NCBI GenBank assembly: GCA_964291285.2
Contig: OZ219785.1
Location: forward strand, 1,172,253-1,236,252
Length of the DNA: 64,000 nucleotides
Direction: 5' to 3'
Source: Alphaproteobacteria bacterium
GTDB lineage: Bacteria; Pseudomonadota; Alphaproteobacteria; Bin95
Below the pieces are notes generated by a model, which was not told the origin of the DNA, ran no database searches, and worked only from the letters and a program-made list of their open reading frames with translations. This document shows, in pieces, positions 53,074 through 63,758 of the stretch. The position numbers and the translations under genes are program-made. The number at the start of each line of letters is the position of its first letter. The first letter of the stretch is position 1.

Positions 53074-54163
53074 GACCCCGCCGCGGGCAACGCACCGGAA
53101 CGGCATGCCGGCGCCGCCGGGGCGGCTTGCCATCGACCTCGACGCCATCGCCGGCAACTGGCTGAAGCTCTGCGATCTGGCGGCGCCGGCAACCGTTGCC
53201 GGCGTCGTCAAGGCGGATGCCTACGGGCTCGGCATGGACCGGGTGGCGCCTGCGCTCCGGCGGGCCGGCTGCTCCCTGTTCTTCGTGGCCGGGCTGGAGG
53301 AGGGCGCGTCGCTCAGGGCATTGCTGCCCGATGCCGAGATCGCCGTGCTCAGCGCGCCGGTCGAGGGCTTCCAGGCGGCCTATCGCGACCATCGCCTGCT
53401 GCCGGTGCTGAACCACGCAGGCGACCTCGCCGCCTGGCCGGGCGAGGACGCCGTGCTGCATGTCGACACCGGCATGACGCGCCTCGGCCTCGACCCCGCC
53501 GATGCGGCGGCGCTCGACCGGCAGCGCTTCCGCCTGGTCATGAGCCATCTTGCCTGCGCCGACGAACCGGACCATCCGCTGAACGACGCCCAGCGCCGCC
53601 TGTTTGCGGAGCTGGCCGGCCGGTTCGACGCCCCTGCAAGCCTCGCCAACTCCTCCGGCATCTTCCTCGGCCCCGGCTACCGGTTCGACACCGCCCGGCC
53701 GGGCATGGCGCTTTACGGCCTCAATCCCACCCCGGGCGAGGCCAATCCGATGCAGTCCGTCATCCGCCTCGAGGCCCGCGTACTCCAGGTCCGGGAGGTG
53801 GGCCGGCCGCTCACCGTCGGCTACGGCGCCACCGCCAAAGTCCGGGCCGGCCAGCGGCTGGCCACGGTTGCCGCCGGCTATGCGGACGGCTATCTACGCG
53901 CCGCAAGCCCGAGGGCCGGCGCGCTGCTGCACGGCCGGAGGGTGCCGTTGGTCGGGCGCGTGTCGATGGATTCGATCATATTGGATGTGACCGGGCTGCC
54001 GCCGGGCTCCGTGAACCCCGGCGACCGGGCCGTGCTGATCGGCGAGGGCATGGACGCCGATGCGCTGGCGGAGGCCGCGGGCACCATCGGCTACGAAGTG
54101 CTGACCTCGCTCGGCGCGCGCTATGCGCGGTCCTATACGGGCGGCGGGGGCTCCGGCGCTTGA
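53054..54163 (+). CDS. alr: alanine racemase
   Basis: VVKADAYG, VDTGMTRLG, MSHLACAD, GYADGY, GRVSMD, GTIGYEVLT. Confidence 0.95.
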   Translation: MASPPSETPPRATHRNGMPAPPGRLAIDLDAIAGNWLKLCDLAAPATVAGVVKADAYGLGMDRVAPALRRAGCSLFFVAGLEEGASLRALLPDAEIAVLSAPVEGFQAAYRDHRLLPVLNHAGDLAAWPGEDAVLHVDTGMTRLGLDPADAAALDRQRFRLVMSHLACADEPDHPLNDAQRRLFAELAGRFDAPASLANSSGIFLGPGYRFDTARPGMALYGLNPTPGEANPMQSVIRLEARVLQVREVGRPLTVGYGATAKVRAGQRLATVAAGYADGYLRAASPRAGALLHGRRVPLVGRVSMDSIILDVTGLPPGSVNPGDRAVLIGEGMDADALAEAAGTIGYEVLTSLGARYARSYTGGGGSGA

Positions 54164-54933
54164 ACCCGCTGGCGGCCATCGGCCGGGCCTTCCTCGCCCT
54201 GCTGGAAGCGATGGGGCGGCTGGTGCTGTTTGCGGCCGCGGCCGTGTCGCACATCGTCCGCCCGCCCTTCTATCCGCGCGTGCTGCTGCGCCAGATGGTC
54301 GATATCGGCTACTACTCGCTGCCGGTGGTGGCGCTGACGACGCTGTTCAGCGGCATGGTGCTGGCGCTCCAGAGCCATACGGGCTTTGCGCGCTTCTCGG
54401 CCGAGGGCGCGGTCGCGGGCGTGGTCTCGCTGGCGATCACGCGGGAACTGGCGCCGGTGCTGGCGGGGCTGATGGTCGCCGGGCGGGTCGGCGCGTCGAT
54501 GGCGGCGGAGCTCGGCACGATGCGCGTCACCGAGCAGATCGACGCGCTCTCGACCCTCTCGACCGACCCGATGAAATACCTGGTGGCGCCGCGCATCCTC
54601 GCCGGCTTTGCCATGCTGCCGCTGCTGGTCCTGGTCGGCGATGTCATCGGCATTTTCGGCGGCTATATCGTCGGCATCTACAAGCTCGACTTCGCGCCCG
54701 CCGCCTATATCGACCAGACATGGCGGTTCGTCGAAGTCCACGATGTCGCGACGGGGCTGGTCAAGGCGGCTGTCTTCGGCTTCCTCGTCTCGCTGATGGG
54801 GTGCTATCACGGCTACCGCTCCGAGGGCGGCGCGCAGGGCGTCGGCCGGGCGGCGACGGATGCGGTGGTCTCCTCGGCCATCCTCATCCTGGTGTTCAAC
54901 TACATCATCACCGAACTGTTCTTCGCCAAATGA
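54160..54933 (+). CDS. mlaE: MlaE family lipid ABC transporter permease
   Basis: RELAPVLAGLMVAGRVGAS.AAELGTMRVTEQIDAL; TTG start. Confidence 0.9.
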   Translation: MNPLAAIGRAFLALLEAMGRLVLFAAAAVSHIVRPPFYPRVLLRQMVDIGYYSLPVVALTTLFSGMVLALQSHTGFARFSAEGAVAGVVSLAITRELAPVLAGLMVAGRVGASMAAELGTMRVTEQIDALSTLSTDPMKYLVAPRILAGFAMLPLLVLVGDVIGIFGGYIVGIYKLDFAPAAYIDQTWRFVEVHDVATGLVKAAVFGFLVSLMGCYHGYRSEGGAQGVGRAATDAVVSSAILILVFNYIITELFFAK

Positions 54934-55709
54934 GCGGCGCGGGCGAACCGAAGATCCGTATCCGGGGCCTGCACAAGGCCTTCGGCGCGAAGCGCGTGCT
55001 GCGCGGCGTCGATCTCGATGTCGGCGCGGGCGAGTCGGTGGTCGTCATCGGCGGGTCGGGCACCGGCAAGTCGGTCACGGTCAAATGTGCACTCGGCCTT
55101 GTGGAGCCGGACAGCGGCAGCATCCTGATCGACGGGGTGGAGTCGGTCGGGCTCAGGGGCGCGGCGCGCGAGGCGGTCAACGCGCGCATGGGGATGCTGT
55201 TCCAGGGCGGCGCGCTGTTCGACAGCCTCTCCGTATGGGAGAACGTGGCATTCGGGCTGGTCGCGGCCGGGCAGAAGACCCGCGGAGAGGCGAAGCCGGT
55301 CGCGCTGGACTCGCTCGCCCGGGTCGGCCTCGGCCCCGAGGTCGGCGAGCTGATGCCGGCGGAGCTGTCCGGCGGGATGCAGAAGCGCGTGGCGCTCGCG
55401 CGCGCCATCGCCGCCCGGCCGGACATCGTCTTCTTCGACGAGCCGACCACGGGCCTCGACCCGATCATGGCCGACGTCATCAACGACCTGATCGTCCAGT
55501 GCGTGCGCGAACTCGGCGCGACGGCGCTGTCGATCACCCACGACATGGCGAGCGCGCGCAAGATCGCCGACCGCATCGCCATGTTGCACGAGGGGCGGAT
55601 CGTCTGGTCGGGGCCGGTCTCGGAGATCGACGAGAGCGGTAACGATTTCGTGGACCAGTTCATCCACGGCCGCGCGTCGGGGCCGATCCGCATGGCGGTG
55701 CGCCGGTGA
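54930..55709 (+). CDS. mlaF: MlaF family ABC ATP-binding protein
   Basis: GGSGTGKS, FQGGALFDSL, LSGGMQKRV, DEPTTGLDP. Confidence 0.9.
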   Translation: MSGAGEPKIRIRGLHKAFGAKRVLRGVDLDVGAGESVVVIGGSGTGKSVTVKCALGLVEPDSGSILIDGVESVGLRGAAREAVNARMGMLFQGGALFDSLSVWENVAFGLVAAGQKTRGEAKPVALDSLARVGLGPEVGELMPAELSGGMQKRVALARAIAARPDIVFFDEPTTGLDPIMADVINDLIVQCVRELGATALSITHDMASARKIADRIAMLHEGRIVWSGPVSEIDESGNDFVDQFIHGRASGPIRMAVRR

Positions 55710-57082
55710 GCCGCCGGGACCGCCGCTATGTCTGCCAGAGCTGCGGGGCGGTGGCGCGCCAGTGGGCGGGGCAGTGCGGAAGCTGCGGGGCGTGGAACAG
55801 CCTAGTCGAGGAAGCGGCGGCGCCCGCAGCCGCCGGGCGGTCCGGCCGCAAGCTGGACCTGGTGCCGCTCGATGCTGCGCCGCCTCCCGTCGAGCGGCGC
55901 GCGACCGGCATCGCCGAGTTCGACCGGGTGCTGGGCGGCGGGCTGGTGCCGGGAAGCTGCGTGCTCATCGGCGGCGACCCCGGCATCGGCAAATCCACCC
56001 TTCTGCTTCAGGCGGCGGCGAAGCTGGCGGCCCGGGGCCATGACTGCCTCTACGTCACCGGCGAGGAGGCGGTCTCGCAGATCGCCATGCGGGCGCGGCG
56101 GCTCGGCATGGCGGATGCGCCCGTGGCGCTCGCGGCCGCCACGGCGGCGGGCGACATCGCGGCCACCCTTTCCGAGCGAGGCGAGGTGGCGGTGATCGAT
56201 TCGATCCAGACCGTGCATCTCGACGGCCTTGAATCGGCGGCCGGCTCGGTCGCGCAGGTGCGCGCCTCCGCCCAGGCGCTGATCGAGGTCGCCCGCCGGC
56301 GCGGCGCGGCGCTGCTGCTCGTCGGCCATGTCACCAAGGACGGCGCCATAGCGGGCCCGCGCGTGCTGGAGCACATGGTCGATACCGTGCTCTATTTCGA
56401 GGGCGAGCGCGGCCACCATTTCCGCATCCTGCGCGCCGTCAAGAACCGCTACGGGGCGACCGACGAGATCGGCGTGTTCGAGATGACCGACCGGGGCCTC
56501 GGCGAGGTCGCCAACCCCTCCGCGCTTTTCCTCGGGGACCGGCAGGACGGCGCCGCGCTCGCCGGCACGGCGGTGTTCGCGGGCGTGGAGGGCGCGCGGC
56601 CGCTGCTGGTGGAAATCCAGGCGCTGGTCGGGCCGCCCGCCGCCGGCTCGCCGCGCCGGGCCGTCGTCGGCTGGGACACCGGACGGCTCGCCATGGTGCT
56701 GGCCGTTCTCGAGGCGCGGGCCGGGGTCGCTCTCGGCGGGCGCGACATCTATCTCAATGTCGCGGGCGGGCTGCGCATTTCCGAGCCGGCCGCGGACCTC
56801 GCCGTGGCCGCCGCGCTCGTCTCCTCGCTCGAGGGCGCAGCCGCGCCGGCCGGGAGCGTGTGGTTCGGCGAAATCGGGCTCACCGGCGAGGTCCGCCCGG
56901 TCGCGCACGGCGACACGCGGCTCCGGGAAGCGCGGAAGCTCGGTTTCGAGACCGCCGTAATCCCCTCCGCCAGGCAGCCCGCGGGAAGCGGCGGGCTGCG
57001 CATCGAGACAGTCGGCCATGTCGCGGAGGTGGCCGCCAGGCTCGGCGCGGGCACCCGGGCCGAAAGGCGCGCCCGCGCATGA
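55706..57082 (+). CDS. radA: DNA repair protein RadA/Sms
   Basis: CQSC..CGSC zinc finger, GDPGIGKST, IDSIQT, KNRYG, GEIGLTGEVR. Confidence 0.96.
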   Translation: MSRRDRRYVCQSCGAVARQWAGQCGSCGAWNSLVEEAAAPAAAGRSGRKLDLVPLDAAPPPVERRATGIAEFDRVLGGGLVPGSCVLIGGDPGIGKSTLLLQAAAKLAARGHDCLYVTGEEAVSQIAMRARRLGMADAPVALAAATAAGDIAATLSERGEVAVIDSIQTVHLDGLESAAGSVAQVRASAQALIEVARRRGAALLLVGHVTKDGAIAGPRVLEHMVDTVLYFEGERGHHFRILRAVKNRYGATDEIGVFEMTDRGLGEVANPSALFLGDRQDGAALAGTAVFAGVEGARPLLVEIQALVGPPAAGSPRRAVVGWDTGRLAMVLAVLEARAGVALGGRDIYLNVAGGLRISEPAADLAVAAALVSSLEGAAAPAGSVWFGEIGLTGEVRPVAHGDTRLREARKLGFETAVIPSARQPAGSGGLRIETVGHVAEVAARLGAGTRAERRARA

Positions 57083-57747
57083 CCGACATCTACACGCTCG
57101 ACCTCGCGCTGTTCGCCATCGTCGTGGCCTCGGCCATCATCGCCTATCTGCGCGGGTTCGTGCGCGAGGTGTTTTCGCTCGCAAGCTGGATCGGCGCGGC
57201 GGTCCTCGCCTGGGTCGCCTTCGCGCCGCTCGCCGCATTGCTGTCGCAATATCTGCAGCCTCCGGTGCTGGCGCGGATCGCGGCCGGGGCGGGCGGGTTC
57301 CTCGCCGCACTGGTGCTCTTGTCCGTCATTGCCGGATGGATAGCAGGCCGGGTGGAGCGCTCCAGCCACAGCGCGCTGGACCGCGCGCTCGGTTTCCTGT
57401 TCGGCATCGTCAGGGGCGCCGTCATCATCTGCGCGCTCTACCTTGTGGGCACGAGGCTCGTGCCGCCCGAACACCAGCCGGGCTGGGTGCAGGATGCGCG
57501 CAGCATTCCCCTGGTGGCCGCGGGCGCCCGCGAGATCGAGCAGCTTCTGCCGTCGGGCCTTGCCGATTACGGCGCGACCAAGGCCGACCGCATCCAGCGC
57601 GAGATAGAGCGGGCCGAGGACGCCAAGCGCCTTTACGAGAAACTGGAACGGCCCGAGGCCGAGCCGGAAACGGCTGCAAAAACCCCGCCCAAGGGGTATA
57701 ACGAACAGGAACGACGCGGCCTCGACCGCCTGATCGACGGCAACTAG
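57079..57747 (+). CDS. cvpA: CvpA family membrane protein
   Basis: RGFVREVFSL, LDRALGFLFGIVRG; canonical position before purF. Confidence 0.9.
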   Translation: MTDIYTLDLALFAIVVASAIIAYLRGFVREVFSLASWIGAAVLAWVAFAPLAALLSQYLQPPVLARIAAGAGGFLAALVLLSVIAGWIAGRVERSSHSALDRALGFLFGIVRGAVIICALYLVGTRLVPPEHQPGWVQDARSIPLVAAGAREIEQLLPSGLADYGATKADRIQREIERAEDAKRLYEKLERPEAEPETAAKTPPKGYNEQERRGLDRLIDGN

Positions 57748-57762
57748 CGAGGGGAGGCCCGT

Positions 57763-59217
57763 TTGCGAGCCATTCACCCCTTCGACGACGACAAGCTGCA
57801 TGAGGAATGCGGGGTGTTCGGCATCGCCGGCCATGCCGACGCGGCTGCGCATACCGCGCTCGGCCTGCACGCCCTCCAGCACCGGGGCCAGCAGTCCGCC
57901 GGTATCGTCTCCTCTGACGGCGAGCAGTTCTACAGCCTGCGCGGGCCGGGCCAGGTCAGCGAGACCTTCGGCAATGAAGAGGCGATCGAACGCCTCCAGG
58001 GCGCCATCGCGATCGGCCACAACCGCTATTCGACCACGGGGGCGCCGGTGCCCCGCAACATCCAGCCGCTGTTCGCGGATTTCGCCTTCGGCGGCGTGGC
58101 GGTGGCGCATAACGGCAACCTGACCAACGCGCTCTCCATCCGGCGCAGGCTGGCGGGCATGGGCGCGCTCTTCCAGAGCACGACCGATACCGAGGTCATC
58201 ATCCACCTCATCGCCCGCAGCCGGAAACCGATGCTGGCGGACCGGCTCGTCGAGGCGCTCGGCGAGATCGAGGGCGCCTATTCGCTCGTCGCCATATCGA
58301 GGAGCAAGCTCTTCGGCGTGCGCGATCCCCACGGCGTGCGCCCGCTGGTGCTCGGGCAGCTTGGCAAGGCCTGGATCCTGACTTCCGAGACCTGCGCGCT
58401 CGACATCATCGGGGCCGACTATGTCCGCGACGTCGAGCCGGGCGAGATGGTCGTGGTCGACGGGGGCCGGATCGAGTCGCATTTCCCCTTCGCCCCGACC
58501 CGGCCCCGGCCCTGCATCTTCGAGCTCATCTATTTCGCCCGGCCGGACAGCGCCGTGTTCGGCCGGAGCGTCTATGAGGCGCGCATGGAAATCGGGCGCG
58601 AGCTGGCCCGCGAGGCGCCGGTCCTGGCGGATGTCGTCGTGCCCGTGCCCGATTCCGGCGTGCCCGCGGGCCTCGGCTATGCCCAGCAGGCCGACCTTCC
58701 CTTCAGCCTCGGCATCATCCGCAACCACTATGTCGGGCGCACCTTCATCGAGCCGACGCAGCAGATCCGCCATCTCGGCGTCCGCCTGAAGCACAACGCC
58801 AACAAGGCGGTGCTGGCCGGCAAGCGCGTCGTGCTGGTGGACGACAGCATCGTGCGCGGCACAACCTCGACCAAGATCGTCGAGATGGTGCGCAATGCCG
58901 GCGCGGCGGAAGTGCATATGCGGATTTCCAGCCCGCCCACGACCCATTCCTGCTTCTACGGCATCGACACGCCGCACCGCGACACGCTGCTCGCCGCCCG
59001 GCTCAACCTCGACCGGATGCGCCGCGAGATCGGCGTCGATTCGCTGGCCTTCGTCAGCCTGGACGGGCTTTACCGCGCCCTCGGCGAGGCCGGGGGGCGG
59101 GGTGCGGCGCCGGCCTTCTGCGATGCCTGCTTCACCGGCGACTACCCGATCGACCTGCTCGACCGGCGGGACGGTGCCGCCGCCGGCCGGATGTCGCTGC
59201 TCGACGAACTGGCCTGA
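57763..59217 (+). CDS. purF: amidophosphoribosyltransferase
   Basis: EE-CGVFG, LQHRGQ, GHNRYST, HNGNL, VDDSIVRGTT, YGIDTP. Confidence 0.97.
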   Translation: MRAIHPFDDDKLHEECGVFGIAGHADAAAHTALGLHALQHRGQQSAGIVSSDGEQFYSLRGPGQVSETFGNEEAIERLQGAIAIGHNRYSTTGAPVPRNIQPLFADFAFGGVAVAHNGNLTNALSIRRRLAGMGALFQSTTDTEVIIHLIARSRKPMLADRLVEALGEIEGAYSLVAISRSKLFGVRDPHGVRPLVLGQLGKAWILTSETCALDIIGADYVRDVEPGEMVVVDGGRIESHFPFAPTRPRPCIFELIYFARPDSAVFGRSVYEARMEIGRELAREAPVLADVVVPVPDSGVPAGLGYAQQADLPFSLGIIRNHYVGRTFIEPTQQIRHLGVRLKHNANKAVLAGKRVVLVDDSIVRGTTSTKIVEMVRNAGAAEVHMRISSPPTTHSCFYGIDTPHRDTLLAARLNLDRMRREIGVDSLAFVSLDGLYRALGEAGGRGAAPAFCDACFTGDYPIDLLDRRDGAAAGRMSLLDELA

Positions 59218-59226
59218 GCGCCGCCG

Positions 59227-59931
59227 GTGCCGGAGCCGAAGCCGCTCGCCGGCGCGGTTGCGCTCGTGACCGGCGCTTCCGGCGGGCTCGGCCGGGCGGT
59301 TGCGGTGCGGCTGGCCGCGGCGGGCGCGCATGTCGTGCTGCTCGCCCGCACGGTCGGCGGGCTGGAAGAGGCGGACGACGCAGTCCGCGCGGCAGGCGGG
59401 CGGGCGACGCTCTGCCCGCTCGACCTCGCCGCCCCCGGAGAGCTGGAACGCGCGCTCGCCGCGCTCGGGGCGCGCTTCGGGCGACTCGACATCCTCGTGT
59501 CCGCGGCCGCCGCGCTCCGCACGCTCGGGCCGGCGCACCAGATCGCCGACGAGGCCTGGCGACGCGTGCTCGACACCAATCTCACCGCCGCGATGCGCCT
59601 GATCCGCGCCGCGGACCCGCTGCTCCGCAGCGCGCCTGCCGGCCGGGCCGTCTTCGCGACCGGCTACCCCGCCGCCCGCGCCTATTGGGGCGCCTATGCC
59701 GCCAGCAAGGCCGCGCTGGAGGCGCTGGTGCTGGCCTGGGCGGCGGAGACGGCGCGCACGGCGCTCCGGGTCAATCTCGTCGATCCGGGGCCGATGCGCA
59801 CCCGGCTCCGCGCCGCCGCCTATCCGGGCGAGGACCCGGCCGCCCTGCCCCCGCCCGACGCTGCAGCCGATCTCGTCCTCGACCTCGCTTCGCCGGACTG
59901 CACGGCGCACGGGCAGGTCCACCGTCCGTAA
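59227..59931 (+). CDS. SDR family oxidoreductase
   Basis: TGASGGLG, YAASK, PGPMRT.LR. Confidence 0.9.
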   Translation: MPEPKPLAGAVALVTGASGGLGRAVAVRLAAAGAHVVLLARTVGGLEEADDAVRAAGGRATLCPLDLAAPGELERALAALGARFGRLDILVSAAAALRTLGPAHQIADEAWRRVLDTNLTAAMRLIRAADPLLRSAPAGRAVFATGYPAARAYWGAYAASKAALEALVLAWAAETARTALRVNLVDPGPMRTRLRAAAYPGEDPAALPPPDAAADLVLDLASPDCTAHGQVHRP

Positions 59932-60206
59932 GGACCCGGCGCGGGCGTTTATCGGCGTCCGGCGTTAGCCCGACTTCCGCAACTCGGCTTGAGAATCGAC
60001 TGATTTGACGGTTTTCCGGCGCGAGAAGTGTCGGATTTCGGTGCAGTACCTCTCGGGACCGGCTTGTAGTGCCGACCTACCCCCTTGATCGGGCTGGCGA
60101 AGATCCGGACGCTGCGCTGATGTTCGTGCGCTGCAAGAGACGCTTCAAGGACGGCAAGGAGCACCGCTACTGGAGCGTTGTGGAGAACGTCCGGGTCCAC
60201 GGCGGT

Positions 60207-61658
60207 GATCGTGCCCCCGCGGGTGGTGTAAGAGCCTGGCGTCCGTAGCGGTGTCCGGCGGGTAGGGCCGGAACGCTCAGGCTGCCACGGCGGGCAACTT
60301 GACGGTTGTATTGTCGCTCACGGGAGCGATGGATTCCAGCGTCATGTATCTGGCTCTCTGGACTGCCCATTCATCGTTCTGCTCGAGCAGGATTGCGCCG
60401 ATCAGCCGGGTGATGGCGTCCTCGTTGGGGAAGATGCCGACGGTGTTTGTGCGCCGCTTGATCTCGCCGTGGAGGCGTTCGAGCGGGTTTGTCGAGTGCA
60501 GCTTGGCGCGGTGCGCGGCCGGGAAGGTCATGTAGGCGAGAACATCGTGCTCGGCCTCGTCCATGATGGCGGCGAGCTTTGGCGCCTTGGGCCTGAGCTG
60601 GTCGGCGACCTGGCGCCACTGGGCGGAGGCGCTGTCTGCATCCTCCTGGGCGAAGGCGGTAGTGACGAAGGCGGAGACGACGCGCCGGCCCTGCTTGCCG
60701 GCATGGGCGAGCAGGTTGCGCATGAAGTGGACGCGGCATCTCTGCCAGGTGGCGCCGAAGATGCGGGTGGCGGCGGCCTTCAGGCCCTTGTGGTCGTCGG
60801 AGATCACCAGCTTGACGCCGCGCAGGCCGCGGCGGGCGAGCGAGCGCAGGAAGTCGGTCCAGAAGGTCTCGGCCTCGGACGCGCCGATCGCCATGCCGAG
60901 CACCTCGCGCCGGCCCTGATCGTTGACCGCCACCGCGATGGTGACCGCGACCGAGACGACGCGCCCGGCCTCGCGCATCTTCACATAGGTCGCGTCAAGC
61001 CAGAGATACGGCCAGTCGCCCTCCAGCGGCCGGTCGAGGAAGTCGCGGATCTTGTCGTCGATCTCGCCGCACAGCCGCGACACCTGGCTCTTGGAGATGC
61101 CCGACATGCCCATCGCCTGCACCAGGTCGTCCACCGAGCGGGTCGATACGCCCTTGATGTAGGCCTCCTGGATCACCGCCGTCAGCGCCTTCTCCGCCAT
61201 CCGCCGCGGTTCAAGGAAGCCCGGGAAGTAGCTCCCCTTGCGCAGCTTCGGGATCTTCAGTTCGACCGTGCCGGCCCGCGTCTCCCAGACCCGGTCCCGG
61301 TAGCCGTTGCGCTGCGTGATCCGGTCCGGCGAGCGCTCGCCGTGCGCGGCGCCCGCAAGGCCCTCAACCTCAAGCGCCATCAGACGCGCGGCCGTGAACC
61401 CGATCATCTCGCGAAGCAGGTCGGCGTCGGAACTCTTCTCCAACAGCGCCCGCAGGGTCATCATGTCGGTGGTGGTCATCGTGGTACTCCTCCGGTCAGG
61501 TGGACTGTGACAGCCCAACCCTAACCGGCACCGCGATGGCCTCCGCTGTGGGTAAGTGGCCCGCCGCCGCCTGACTCCAGACGGTCGCGGCGGCGGGCCA
61601 CTTACCCACAGCTACCACCGGAAGCTTCAGCTCCTACACCACCCCTGGGGACACGACC
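60207..61658 (-). mobile_element. IS256 family element
   Basis: IRs GATCGTGCCCCCGCGGGTGGTGTA / TACACCACCCCTGGGGACACGACC, 8-bp duplication ACGGCGGT; intact transposase 60277..61479 ([26 protein letters not shown]). Confidence 0.95.
61545..61612. repeat. perfect 26-bp inverted repeat inside IS256 upstream of transposase
   Basis: gctgtgggtaagtggcccgccgccgc - 16 nt - gcggcggcgggccacttacccacagc. Confidence 0.9.
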
Positions 61659-63415
61659 ACGGCGGTCGGGTTGTTCAGCGTCAGGTGCTCTATCTCGGGG
61701 AGATCAACGACAGCCAGCGAGCGGCGTGGTGCCGCTCGATCGAGGTGGTGGAGGGCAAGTCGCGATCACGGCAGATGGCGCTGTTTCCCGAGGACCGGGA
61801 GGCGCCGGCGCTGACTTGCGAAGTGGTGAAGATCGACCTCTCGCAGGTGGCGCTTCACGACCCGCGCCAGTGGGGGGCGTGCTGGCTGGCGCTGTCCTTG
61901 TGGGACCGCCTGGACCTGGACCGCTTCTGGGAAGAGCGGCTGCCGGCGAGCCGGCAAGGCACGCGGTGGCTGGACATCCTGAAGATCCAGGTCTGCTACC
62001 GGCTGATCGACCCGGGCAGCGAGTGGCGCCTTCACCGTCACTGGTATGAGCACAGCGCGCTTCGCGATCTTCTGGGTGGCGAGCGGGCGATCGCCGACGA
62101 CACACTCTATCGCTGTCTCGACAAGCTGCTGGCGCACAAGCAGGGCTTCTTCTCGTTTCTGCGCGACCGCTGGGCGACGCTGTTCGAGGCGCGCTTCGAC
62201 GTGCTGCTCTACGACCTGACCTCGACCTACTTCGAGAGCGATCCGCCGTTCGATGACAAGCGCCGCTTCGGCTACAGCCGGGACAAGCGGCCCGACTGCG
62301 TGCAGGTGGTGATCGCCCTGATCGTTACGCCGCAGGGCTTTCCGCTGGCCTATGAGGTGATGCCGGGCAACACCTCCGACGACACCACGCTGGCGGCGTT
62401 CCTCAAGAAGATCGAGGATCAGTATGGCCGCTCCGAGCGGGTGTGGATCATGGACCGCGGCATCCCCACCGAGGAGACGCTGGCCGCGATGCGCGAGGGC
62501 GAGGCGCCGGTGCGCTACCTGGTGGGCACGCCCAAGGGCCGGCTGACGCGGCTCGAGAAGGTGTTCCTGGGCCTGCCCTGGCAGGAGGTGCGCCAGTCCG
62601 TGACTGTCAAGCTTCTGGTCGAGGATGGCGAGCTCTACGTCCTGGTGCGCAGCGAGGGGCGGCAGGTGAAGGAACGCGGCATGCGCCGGCGCCGGCTGAA
62701 GAGGCTGTGGCGTCGATTGGCCGAGTTGCAAGGGCAGTCGAACAGCCGGGATCAGTTGTTGCTCAAGCTCGGCGCCGCCAGGAAGGAGGCCGGCCGGGCC
62801 TGGAGCCTGGTCGACATCACCGTGCCCGGGACCGACAGCGAACTCGCCGCCAACGGCTTCTCATTCCGCCTGCAGCGCGACCGGCTGCGCCAGGTCCGCC
62901 GCCGCGAGGGCCGTTACCTGCTGCGATCCAACATGGTCGCCGAAGACCCCGCCACGCTGTGGCATCTGTACATGCAGCTCGTCGAGATCGAGCAGGCGTT
63001 CAAGGAACTCAAGCACGACCTCGCGATCCGCCCCATCTTCCATCAGCGCCAAGAGCGCATCGAGGCGCATATCTTCGTCTCGTTCATCGCCTACTGCCTG
63101 CTGGTGACCCTGAAGAACCTCGCCCGGCCGCGCGCCCCGGGCCTCACCCCACGCGCCATCCTTGATGGCCTTCGCCACCATCCAGATGGTGGACGTCCAT
63201 CTGCCAACCACCGACGGCCGGCACCTCGTCCTGCCGCGCCACACCCGGCCGAACAAGGAGCACGAGCTACTGCTGCAACAGCTCGGCATGACCTGGCCGC
63301 AGCAACCCGCACCCCGGATCTCCGCCTGACGGCACACGGCGCCGCCTCTCCGTTCGCCGCCTTGTAGTGCCGACCCTCGGGGAGACGATCAAGGCTATTC
63401 AATGAGTTAGCATCC

Positions 63416-63712
63416 TCATGACCCCCGAGTTGCGGAAGTCGGGTTAGCGCGACGGGCGGCCTCCGGCAACCGGTCTTCGGGAGCCGGCGGCTGGCCGCCG
63501 TCACGGAACAGAATGCGCCGCGCTTCCTCAACGTCGGCCCTGGCGCGGCGTTCGGCGAAGAACTCGGCGGTTTGCATTGCGGACAGTTTTTCCGCAACGG
63601 CCAGCGCGATGAACTGGTTGATGCTGGTGCCGTCCTTGCGGCTGGCCTCTGCAACGGCGTTTTTCAGGGACGCCGGAAGGCGCAACGCGAACTTGGCGGT
63701 CGGTGACTTCAT
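63416..63712 (-). CDS. HicB-like ribbon-helix-helix antitoxin-type protein, 3' end altered by IS1634
   Basis: FALRLPASLK..DGTSINQFIALAVAEKLSA; last codons come from the IS end. Confidence 0.8.
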   Translation of the reverse strand: MKSPTAKFALRLPASLKNAVAEASRKDGTSINQFIALAVAEKLSAMQTAEFFAERRARADVEEARRILFRDGGQPPAPEDRLPEAARRANPTSATRGS

Positions 63713-63758
63713 AGCGGCATCTTTCCCAATGCTCCGACCCTTCGGAATCCCGCCGGAA

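Larger units (their letters stand above)
60120..63329 (+). pseudogene. IS1634 transposase, split by IS256 and frameshifted near 63167
   Basis: MFVRCKRRFKDGKEHRYWSVVENVRVHGG | RVVQRQVLYLGEIND...YDLTSTYFE, GYSRDKR, MDRGI, IEQAFKELK; tail FATIQMVDVHLPTTDG is in a shifted frame. Confidence 0.9.
59970..63442 (+). mobile_element. IS1634 family element (interrupted by IS256)
   Basis: IRs CCGACTTCCGCAACTCGG / CCGAGTTGCGGAAGTCGG, 6-bp target duplication GTTAGC (59964-69, 63443-48). Confidence 0.92.

Noticed and set aside
54160-55709. mlaE-mlaF without mlaD
   Set aside because: The alr-mlaE-mlaF-radA-cvpA-purF order is a familiar alphaproteobacterial arrangement
61556-61666. Apparent N-terminus MARRRLTP... 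of ORF 61556..63367
   Set aside because: Derived from the IS256 end; the real IS1634 start is at 60120
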